Part shown: one piece after another, positions 9,535 through 16,955 of the stretch
Numbering within the stretch: position 1 is the first letter of the stretch
Layout: each line of letters opens with the position of its first letter
NCBI GenBank assembly: GCA_013141375.1
Contig: JABFRC010000055.1
Coordinates: 1 to 58,357 of the forward strand
Origin: Methylococcaceae bacterium
Lineage (GTDB): Bacteria; Pseudomonadota; Gammaproteobacteria; Methylococcales; Methylomonadaceae
Reading direction: 5' to 3'
Length of the DNA: 58,357 nt
The notes under the pieces: model-generated
Databases searched by the model: none
Told to the model about the DNA's origin: nothing
Seen by the model: only the letters and a program-made list of their open reading frames with translations
Translations under genes and position numbers: made by a program

Positions 9535-9723
9535 GTATTTGCTCCCTAAGGTATCAATGATGGTCGTAAAAATGGCGCGTAGTATCGCATAAACCGCTTA
9601 TTAAGGCTTTCCATGTCTTACAAAAGAGGTTGCCCGCAAGCTAGGCAATCTTATTCGAGCCCGGCATTCGAGCTATAATGCCCGAATCAACAAGACCCGG
9701 AACCACCACAGCCCGCCAATCCA

Positions 9724-10452
9724 ATGAGTAAAGACCAGGTATTTAAGGAACAAATCCAGAAAGTTGCGGATTTTAAGTTCGGCAGCAGCGTTGCCAAAGT
9801 GTTTGATGACATGGTCAATCGCTCGGTGCCGTTCTACGGAGAAATGCAACGGATGATCGCCGAACAGGCCGCCGATTATGCCCAGCCTGGCAGCTATGTC
9901 TATGACTTAGGCTGTGCAACCGGTACAACACTCATCGGCATGAATACCCAGGTGGCCGAAGGCATTCGCTTTATCGGCATTGACGATTCGCCGGAAATGC
10001 TCGATCAGTGCCGCAGCAAACTCGATCAAGCGGGTTTCAATCGCCCTTACGAACTACAAGTCGCCGATTTAAATCAGGACGTTGACATCGACAATGCCTC
10101 AGTCGTCGTGCTGTGCTTGACCTTACAGTTTGTGCGTCCGATATATAGGCAAAAATTATTGCAGTGCATTTTTGACGGTTTGAATCCTGGCGGCACTTTG
10201 ATTTTGGTAGAAAAAGTCCTTGCCGAAGACAGTCACTTCAACCGCGATTTTATTAATTATTATTACAGTTATAAACGCCGCAATCATTACAGCGATATGG
10301 AAATCGCACAAAAACGCGAAGCGTTGGAAAACGTGTTGATTCCTTATAAAATCAGCGAAAACATGACATTGCTAAAGGAAGTCGGGTTTGCACATGCCGA
10401 TGTGTTTTTCAAGTGGTACAACTTTGCCGGACTCATTGCCTGTAAAAGCTAG
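9724..10452 (+). CDS. cmoA: Carboxy-S-adenosyl-L-methionine synthase
   Basis: 242-aa ORF 'FDDMVNRSVPFYGEMQRMI...DLGCATG...IDDSPEML...LTLQFV' is CmoA-like. Confidence 0.9.
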   Translation: MSKDQVFKEQIQKVADFKFGSSVAKVFDDMVNRSVPFYGEMQRMIAEQAADYAQPGSYVYDLGCATGTTLIGMNTQVAEGIRFIGIDDSPEMLDQCRSKLDQAGFNRPYELQVADLNQDVDIDNASVVVLCLTLQFVRPIYRQKLLQCIFDGLNPGGTLILVEKVLAEDSHFNRDFINYYYSYKRRNHYSDMEIAQKREALENVLIPYKISENMTLLKEVGFAHADVFFKWYNFAGLIACKS

Positions 10453-10606
10453 ACACCGTACTTCGATATTTGGGCAAAATTTTTATATATCTTCGCCACG
10501 AAAAACCAATTTTTTGAAACACTCCAAGTAGTTACAAATTTTTAAGGTTGAAGCCAATCAAGTCAGCGCTGTAAACTGCAGCACCGCCAACCAGACCTTT
10601 ACGCTT

Positions 10607-11224
10607 ATGAAAACAGACAGCGCAAGTATTCAAAAACGCTATGACCGGCTGGCACCTTACTTTGATGTAATAGAAGCCATGATGGAAGGACTGGTTTTCA
10701 AGACTTGGCGCAAACGTCTATGGGCAAAAGTGGAAGGTGAACATGTACTGGAAGTGGGTGTCGGCACCGGAAAAAATTTCGACTATTACCCCGAAGAGGC
10801 AAGAATCACCGCCATTGATTTTAGCCCAGGCATGCTCAAACAAGCCGCCGACCATAAACAACGTAAAGGCATTGAGGTAGAACTGGCGCAAATGGACGTG
10901 CAGTCGCTATGCTACGCCGATAACAGTTTCGACACAGTAGTTGCTACTTGTGTATTTTGCTCGGTACCCGCGCCCGTTAAAGGCTTAAGAGAACTGCACA
11001 GGGTATGTAAACCAGGCGGTCAGGTATTATTGCTGGAGCATGTATTAAGTTCCCGACCGCTCATTGCCAAAGTAATGAATTTTCTCAACCCTGTGGTTGT
11101 GAAACTGGTCGGTGCAAATATCAACAGGAATACACTCAGGAATATCAAAGCCGCGGGCTTTAATTCGGTACGTGTCGATGAACAAAGCGGCGATATCATT
11201 AAATTAATTGAAGCCAGAAAATAG
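10607..11224 (+). CDS. Class I SAM-dependent methyltransferase (Methyltransf_11/UbiE-like)
   Basis: 205-aa ORF with SAM motif I 'VLEVGVGTGKN', then 'AIDFSPGML' and 'KPGGQVLLLEH'. It is not CmoB-like, being too short and of a different family. Confidence 0.8.
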   Translation: MKTDSASIQKRYDRLAPYFDVIEAMMEGLVFKTWRKRLWAKVEGEHVLEVGVGTGKNFDYYPEEARITAIDFSPGMLKQAADHKQRKGIEVELAQMDVQSLCYADNSFDTVVATCVFCSVPAPVKGLRELHRVCKPGGQVLLLEHVLSSRPLIAKVMNFLNPVVVKLVGANINRNTLRNIKAAGFNSVRVDEQSGDIIKLIEARK

Positions 11225-11304
11225 CCGGCAAAAATAACTCGAACTACCCTGACTGAAGGGCGTTCATTTCAGTAAAACATCTACATTTCGGATTATTAAC
11301 TTAA

Positions 11305-11910
11305 GTGAAAGCAAACATTAACGATTTGGTACAAACCCCCATTCCAACTAGGCATGGTGAGTTTATCCTGCATTACTACACCAACAGTATCGATAAAAAA
11401 GAGCATGTTGCCCTGGTCAAAGGCGAAGTCGCAAACAAAGAAAGGGTGCCGGTGCGCATTCATTCCGAATGCTTTACGGGGGACGTATTAGGTTCTAGGC
11501 GTTGCGATTGCGGCGAGCAATTGGACTTAGCTTTGCATCTTATTAGCCAGGCTGAAAGCGGCGTATTGATTTATTTACGGCAGGAAGGCCGGGGCATCGG
11601 CTTGTTAAAGAAACTACAGGCTTACAATTTACAAGATCAAGGCATGGACACTGTCGACGCCAATATTCATTTGGGGCATCTTGCCGACGAACGAGAATAC
11701 AGCATTGCTGCACTGATTTTGGAAAGTCTGGGTATTAAATCCATCCAGCTAATGACCAACAACCCCAAGAAAATCGACGAACTAAAAAAACTGGGCATTA
11801 ATGTTTCCGGGCGCATTCCGGTAGAAGTCCAGGCACATGACGACAATCTGGATTATTTAAAAACCAAAGCCAATAAAATGGCCCATATGTTGTTTGAGCA
11901 GGAAGAATAA
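11305..11910 (+). CDS. ribA: GTP cyclohydrolase II
   Basis: 201-aa ORF with a GTG start. Zn/GTP motifs 'VRIHSECFTGDVLGSRRCDCGEQL' and 'YLRQEGRGIGL'. Confidence 0.9.
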   Translation: MKANINDLVQTPIPTRHGEFILHYYTNSIDKKEHVALVKGEVANKERVPVRIHSECFTGDVLGSRRCDCGEQLDLALHLISQAESGVLIYLRQEGRGIGLLKKLQAYNLQDQGMDTVDANIHLGHLADEREYSIAALILESLGIKSIQLMTNNPKKIDELKKLGINVSGRIPVEVQAHDDNLDYLKTKANKMAHMLFEQEE

Positions 11911-11942
11911 AGCGGCTCAAACAACTTTAAAGGTAGCTTTAA

Positions 11943-12251
11943 CTAGTCTACCGGCCTCATCACCGGGTGATCTAAATCAATTTCAGCCTCACATTTGGGA
12001 CAGGCGTACCAAGTCTCAGCCTGGTGTTCAAGGCTATACAAATCCGTATCATCAGCTTCCATAGGAACCAGATGTTTGCCCAAACCGCCCCATTTGCAGG
12101 CCGGACAGCGATAGCTGGCGTGTTCTACCTGATCGAGATAGCGCTGAAACGCCACGTAGCTGAGTTTTTTAATGGCCATTGTCGCCGAGCTGATGTGGAA
12201 ACGAATGCCGGCTTCTTTATCGTCGCAATGCTTATCGATTATTTTGGACAT
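11943..12251 (-). CDS. Hypothetical protein with a putative CxxC...CxxC zinc-ribbon
   Basis: 102-aa ORF with 'CPACKWGG' and 'CPKCEAEI' pairs. I recognise no family. Coding status rests only on ORF length and the Cys pairs. Confidence 0.4.
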   Translation of the reverse strand: MSKIIDKHCDDKEAGIRFHISSATMAIKKLSYVAFQRYLDQVEHASYRCPACKWGGLGKHLVPMEADDTDLYSLEHQAETWYACPKCEAEIDLDHPVMRPVD

Positions 12252-12464
12252 GAAACAGCCCTCATTGCATGCAGTGGAGGAGCAAGCCCAATTGACAAAA
12301 CAGGGCGCCGATTGATAGATAGCACCTGATGAATTGAACTGTCAATTTGTTTCGCTAATGCCCAATCGTTCCGGGAAAACGCTTCTTTGCAGCCAATGAT
12401 GTTTTCATGCTCTCGACAGAGACCAGCACCCAGATTATTTAAAGCCCAACACTGCTAAACCAAT

Positions 12465-12929
12465 ATGTTCCACATCGCTCTCTTTGAACCCCGCCTTCCG
12501 CCTAATACCGGCAATATCATTCGCCTGGTCGCTAATAACGGCTTCAGCCTGCATCTGATCGAACCCTTGGGATTTGATCTGGAAGAAAAAAATCTCCGAC
12601 GCGCCGGCCTTGATTATCATGACCTTGCCAAGGTAACTACTTATGCTGACTATTTCGAATTTGCTAATACGATGAAGGGTAGGAGAATTTTTGCGTGTAC
12701 GACAAAAGGCAAACAAAGCTACGACCAGTGTGCTTTTCAGCCCGAAGATATCTTGCTTTTCGGCTCTGAGACATCAGGCCTGAGCGCCGAAGTAATGAAC
12801 AGCATCGATGAAGATCGACGCATTAAAATTCCGATGATGCCGAACAATAGGAGTCTTAACCTTTCTAATGCAGTAGCCATCATCAGCTACGAAGCCTGGC
12901 GTCAACAGGGCTTTGACGGCGCTCTATAG
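12465..12929 (+). CDS. trmL: tRNA (cytidine/uridine(34)-2'-O)-methyltransferase, SpoU/TrmL family
   Basis: 154-aa ORF '[21 protein letters not shown]', '[10 protein letters not shown]', 'IPM.....[10 protein letters not shown]' matches TrmL (YibK). Confidence 0.9.
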   Translation: MFHIALFEPRLPPNTGNIIRLVANNGFSLHLIEPLGFDLEEKNLRRAGLDYHDLAKVTTYADYFEFANTMKGRRIFACTTKGKQSYDQCAFQPEDILLFGSETSGLSAEVMNSIDEDRRIKIPMMPNNRSLNLSNAVAIISYEAWRQQGFDGAL

Positions 12930-12931
12930 TA

Positions 12932-13070
12932 ATATCAATCCCAATAAGTTTTTATTTTGAACCCTCAACGTAACCTTCTCCCATTGGATGCCTACATGGA
13001 TGTAGGTAGTAGGGCAATGTAGGAGCAATTGCCGAGAATGGATAGCATGAGTATTTATTGGGATTGGTAT
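12932..13070. repeat. About 140-bp structured intergenic element bounded by 16-bp inverted repeats (REP/MITE-like)
   Basis: ATATCAATCCCAATAA (12932-12947) pairs with TTATTGGGATTGGTAT (13055-13070), with 15 of 16 positions complementary. The interior carries CCTACATGGATGTAGG (12991-13006), a GGCAAT..ATTGCC hairpin (13012-13032) and TGTAGG twice. It lies between the convergent trmL and ygjP-like genes. Confidence 0.35.
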
Positions 13071-13080
13071 AAGGTTGTAA

Positions 13081-13584
13081 TCAATAAAGCTTGCCCACGA
13101 GATCAATGTGCGTGAGAAACAAGCGCATATCAAATTCCAGCTGGTGATAATCGGGTTCCATATACTGGCATAGCTTATAAAAGGCCTTGTTGTGTTGTTT
13201 TTCCCGTAAGTGTGCCAGTTCATGCACGACAATCATTCTTAAAAACTCCAGCGGAGCCGTTTTAAAAACTGCGCCAACGCGAATTTCATTTTTGGATTTC
13301 AGATTGCCACCCTGCACTCTGGAGACAAAGGAATGCAATCCCAAGGCTTGATGCAGTACATCAATCTTGTCATCGTAAACCACCTTGCTCAGCGGACTGG
13401 ATTGACGCAGAAATTGATTTTTAATGTCCAGGGTATAGACGTACAAAGCTTTATCGGTGCGGATATCGTGCATGGACGGATATTTTTTTAACAACACGCC
13501 AGCCAACTTGTCATTGTCAATGAGTTGATGCACTTGACCGAGAACGACTTCCGAATAACCCGTCAGATATTTTAATTTGCGCAT
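13081..13584 (-). CDS. ygjP: YgjP-like metal-dependent hydrolase (DUF45 / M48-WLM-type HExxH)
   Basis: From the ATG at 13584, the 167-aa product 'MRKLKYLTGYSE...FLRMIVVHELAHLREKQHNKAFYKLC' aligns end to end with my recollection of E. coli YgjP. The track start (GTG, 13602) is probably 6 codons too long. Confidence 0.8.
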   Translation of the reverse strand: MRKLKYLTGYSEVVLGQVHQLIDNDKLAGVLLKKYPSMHDIRTDKALYVYTLDIKNQFLRQSSPLSKVVYDDKIDVLHQALGLHSFVSRVQGGNLKSKNEIRVGAVFKTAPLEFLRMIVVHELAHLREKQHNKAFYKLCQYMEPDYHQLEFDMRLFLTHIDLVGKLY

Positions 13585-13602
13585 CTTAATGGAGGGTGAC
13601 AC

Positions 13603-13896
13603 TCAATCCCATGGTGGAGTATCGCTGTCATAAGCCACAAAATTTTTATCTGCGGGCAGAGTTATTACCCCCGTGCCGGTATTTTGTGTTGAGGTGCTTT
13701 TTAAGGTGCTAGGTTTAATCGGCGTTGCAGAAACCTCTGATTTCCCAGGGGATAATTGCCATTTCGTAAAAAGGGCAGCATCCAGACCGCCTGGCACATA
13801 CCATTTTTTGTTGGCAGGATCCCACTTGGCACCGAGTGCTTTAGCCTCATCTTTTTGCGCAAAAGGAACGTTGAGGTAAGTTTTTAAGTCTGCCAT
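13603..13896 (-). CDS. DUF5710 domain-containing small protein
   Basis: 97-aa ORF. The N-terminal 'YLNVPFAQKDEAKALGAKWDPANKKWYVP' matches the DUF5710 motif seen at N-termini of some primase/topoisomerase-type proteins. The C-terminal half is Ser/Thr/Pro-rich. Confidence 0.55.
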   Translation of the reverse strand: MADLKTYLNVPFAQKDEAKALGAKWDPANKKWYVPGGLDAALFTKWQLSPGKSEVSATPIKPSTLKSTSTQNTGTGVITLPADKNFVAYDSDTPPWD

Positions 13897-14051
13897 GTTA
13901 ATTATGATTGGCGATTGGATAGTAAGCGGGTTGGCACCGAATGAATGCCAACCTTGCCAAACCTATTTTGAAGTAATTCTTAAGACATTTTTACCGCATA
14001 AGCCACAGCCGGCTTTTCTGACTAACTGACTATGGCTTTTAGCAATTTACG

Positions 14052-16559
14052 TTAGTCTTTGACCGCCACATTTACCGGGGTCAATTTCCAAATTTCTTTA
14101 CTGTATTCAGTAATGGTTCTGTCCGTTGAAAACTTACCACTATGAGCACAATTGAGAATGCTCATTCTTGTCCAATGCTCTTTATCCTTATAGGCCGCTT
14201 CGACGCGTTTTTGCGCATCAAGGAAGCTACGAAAATCTGCAATGGTCATCCACGGATCATGCGGGCTTTTGATTGAATCCAAAACACAGTCAAAAATACC
14301 CGGTTCAAATTGATTGAAATGTCCGCATTCCAGCAAGTTGATGACTCGACGTAAGTCTTCATCCGTTTCAATATATTGTGCCGGGTTGTAATGGTGGCGT
14401 TGCTCTTCAACTTCTTCTTCAGTCAAGCCAAACAGGAAGAAGTTATCATCGCCGACTTCCTCGCGAATCTCAATATTGGCGCCATCGAGCGTACCGATAG
14501 TCAAGGCTCCGTTCATCATGAACTTCATATTGCCGGTGCCCGAAGCTTCCTTACCCGCAGTTGAGATTTGCTCAGATAAATCAGCGCCCGGACAGATTTT
14601 TTCCATGGCTGATACCCGATAATTCGGCAAAAAGATCAATTTCAACTTTGGGCCTACATCGGGATCGTTATCGATAACTGACGCCACATTATTGATCAGC
14701 TTGATAATTCTTTTCGCCATAAAATAACCCGGCGCCGCTTTACCCCCGATTAATACACAACGATCAGTCCAGTTGGCGATATCGCCACGTTTTATGCGGT
14801 CGTAAAGATGAATAACATGCAGTACATTCAGTAACTGGCGTTTGTATTCATGGATGCGTTTTACCTGAACATCAAACAAGGCATCGACGTTAAGATCCAT
14901 GTCGTGTTCTAGTTTTTTAAAATCAACCAAGCGTTGTTTGGCATTTTGTTTGGTTTCATACCAACGTTTTCGAAATGCGGCATTGTCAGCAAAAGGCTCT
15001 AATTTTCTTAACAATGACAAATCAGTCAGCCAGCCATCACCAATGGTTTCAGTAATTAAAGTGGCCAATTCCGGATTACAAGAGGCAATCCAGCGACGTG
15101 GCGTAACACCGTTGGTTTTATTATTGAACTTGGTTGGCCAGAGTTCATAGAAATCTCTAAACAAACCTTGCTGCAACAGCTTTGAATGCAGTGCCGCCAC
15201 GCCATTCACCGAATAACTTCCCACGATTGCCAGGTAAGCCATCCTGACGTGCTGCTCATGGCCTTCCTCAATCAAGGACATTCGCGCCAAACGCTCTTTA
15301 TCGCCCGGCCAGTGCGCCGAGACTTCGGCCATAAACTGGGCGTTGATTTCGAAGATAATCTCCATCAATCGCGGCAGTAATTGTTTAAACAGGCTCACTG
15401 ACCATCGCTCTAATGCTTCTGGCAATAAGGTGTGATTGGTGTACGCCATGGTGCTGCGAGTAATCACCCAGGCATCGTGCCACGCCAAGCCATGTACATC
15501 CATCAATAAACGCATCAGTTCGGCTACTGCGATGCTCGGATGAGTGTCGTTTAATTGAAAGCAATTTTTTAATGCAAACTCGGAAAAATCGTTGCCATGA
15601 CGACCGACCCAATTAGCGATAACGTCTTGAAGACTTGCCGAAGCCAATAAATATTGCTGTTTTAAACGCAGCGCTTTGCCGTTTTCATTGGCGTCATTGG
15701 GATATAACACCATGGTGATATTTTCAGCCGTATTCTTTGCTGCCACCGCTTCTGCATAATCGCCGGCATTGAACTCTTGCAAATCAAATTCTTCAGTGGC
15801 GGTGGATTTCCATAAACGCAAAGTGTTCACTGTGCCGTTTTGGTAACCCGGTACCGGCGTATCAAAAGGGACGGCCAACACATCGTGGGTATCGACCCAT
15901 GACACGCGCTCTTTACCGCGCTCATCGATATGTTTTTCAGTATGACCGCCAAATTTAATGCGATGAGCATATTCAGACCGCTCAATTTCCCAAACATTGC
16001 CATTGCGCAGCCAATGGTCGGGTTTTTCGACCTGCTCTCCGTTGGAAATTATCTGAGAAAACATCCCATATTCATAACGCAATCCATAGCCGGTAACCGG
16101 CAATTGCAAGGTCGCGCAGCTATCGATAAAACATGCTGCCAAGCGTCCTAAACCGCCATTTCCCAAACCGGCATCCGGTTCGCTATCGACCAATTCTTCA
16201 AGCTCAAGACCCAAATCGTACATGGCTTTTTTTACAGCATCATCAATGCCCAAATTCAGCATGGCATTACTCAAGCTACGACCCATCAAAAATTCCATGG
16301 AGAGGTAGTAGGCTTTACGGCAATTGGTTTCCTTGTAGGCGTTATATGTTTTTTTCCAGCGCTCGATTAAACGATCACTGATCGCAAGTGACAAGGCTTC
16401 GTATGCATAATGTGGAGATCGGCAGTTTTCATCCCTACCTAATCTATGGCCATAGTAGCGTTTGAAATCCGTCACAACATGTTTCTTATCCATGCCTAAA
16501 GTCGGCAGTGCAGTAATTGTTGATTTTGGATTACTGGTTTTAAATTTTCTATTTGGCAT
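14052..16559 (-). CDS. glgP: Glycogen/alpha-glucan phosphorylase
   Basis: 835-aa ORF with the PLP-site region 'EQISTAGKEASGTGNMKFMMNGALTIGTLDGANIEI' and 'YLSMEFLMGRSL'. Confidence 0.95.
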   Translation of the reverse strand: MPNRKFKTSNPKSTITALPTLGMDKKHVVTDFKRYYGHRLGRDENCRSPHYAYEALSLAISDRLIERWKKTYNAYKETNCRKAYYLSMEFLMGRSLSNAMLNLGIDDAVKKAMYDLGLELEELVDSEPDAGLGNGGLGRLAACFIDSCATLQLPVTGYGLRYEYGMFSQIISNGEQVEKPDHWLRNGNVWEIERSEYAHRIKFGGHTEKHIDERGKERVSWVDTHDVLAVPFDTPVPGYQNGTVNTLRLWKSTATEEFDLQEFNAGDYAEAVAAKNTAENITMVLYPNDANENGKALRLKQQYLLASASLQDVIANWVGRHGNDFSEFALKNCFQLNDTHPSIAVAELMRLLMDVHGLAWHDAWVITRSTMAYTNHTLLPEALERWSVSLFKQLLPRLMEIIFEINAQFMAEVSAHWPGDKERLARMSLIEEGHEQHVRMAYLAIVGSYSVNGVAALHSKLLQQGLFRDFYELWPTKFNNKTNGVTPRRWIASCNPELATLITETIGDGWLTDLSLLRKLEPFADNAAFRKRWYETKQNAKQRLVDFKKLEHDMDLNVDALFDVQVKRIHEYKRQLLNVLHVIHLYDRIKRGDIANWTDRCVLIGGKAAPGYFMAKRIIKLINNVASVIDNDPDVGPKLKLIFLPNYRVSAMEKICPGADLSEQISTAGKEASGTGNMKFMMNGALTIGTLDGANIEIREEVGDDNFFLFGLTEEEVEEQRHHYNPAQYIETDEDLRRVINLLECGHFNQFEPGIFDCVLDSIKSPHDPWMTIADFRSFLDAQKRVEAAYKDKEHWTRMSILNCAHSGKFSTDRTITEYSKEIWKLTPVNVAVKD

Positions 16560-16635
16560 ATTTATAAAATTCCCAATAAATGACTAAGGTTGGTGGTAAC
16601 TATTTACCCTTTATCAAGGGAAGCGCTGATTAAAT

Positions 16636-16698
16636 CCTTCGACAAGCTCAGGATGAACGCTAACCTATTGATTTCGTTCGTAGTGATCTTGTCAAACC
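16636..16698. repeat. Imperfect palindromic REP-like element
   Basis: GACAAGCTCAGGATGAACG (16641-16659) pairs with CGTTCGTAGTGATCTTGTC (16675-16693), with 15 of 19 positions complementary. One frame reads 'SFDKLRMNA', the artefact peptide typical of this class of intergenic palindrome. It lies between the glgP start and the ybdD stop. Confidence 0.35.
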
Positions 16699-16757
16699 AT
16701 GATCGAAATCGATTTATTCAGCGGTTCCCTAACTTTCTGTTCGAAATAACAAAAGCG

Positions 16758-16955
16758 CTAACAACATCTTTTTACACCGTTCCATTTTTCATCCTGCCAT
16801 TGTTTGTAGAATTCCTTTTTGCTCAACGGTGTATGGCATTCACTTGCACAATCGGATTGATGACACTTGGCATAGTGTCGTAAATATCGTTCATAGGCAT
16901 CATCCCCAGAAAGTCTGCGGAGTAGGCGCCATCCGGCTTTGAGTTGACTTAACAT
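16758..16955 (-). CDS. ybdD: YbdD/YjiX family small protein (DUF466)
   Basis: 'GDDAYERYLRHY....H......PLSKKEFY' is the DUF466 signature. The ATG at 16955 forms a TAATG overlap with the cstA stop, so the track start at 16982 is probably an over-extension. Confidence 0.8.
   Translation of the reverse strand: MLSQLKAGWRLLRRLSGDDAYERYLRHYAKCHQSDCASECHTPLSKKEFYKQWQDEKWNGVKRCC

Noticed and set aside
9640-9700. The short direct repeat ATTCGAGC-N5-ATTCGAGC next to a TATAAT in the purE/cmoA divergent spacer, considered as a regulator-binding site.
   Set aside because: It is too short (8 nt, two copies) to distinguish from chance, and it matches no known operator consensus I recognise. The TATAAT may simply be the cmoA -10.
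11225-11304. Possible FMN riboswitch upstream of ribA.
   Set aside because: Only 80 nt of spacer is available, and none of the conserved FMN-element blocks is visible.
12924-13232. The 102-aa minus-strand ORF spanning the trmL/ygjP spacer, and the 97-aa ORF 16590-16883.
   Set aside because: Both are read through palindromic repeat elements and overlap real genes (the YgjP-like and YbdD genes). They are translation artefacts of repeats.
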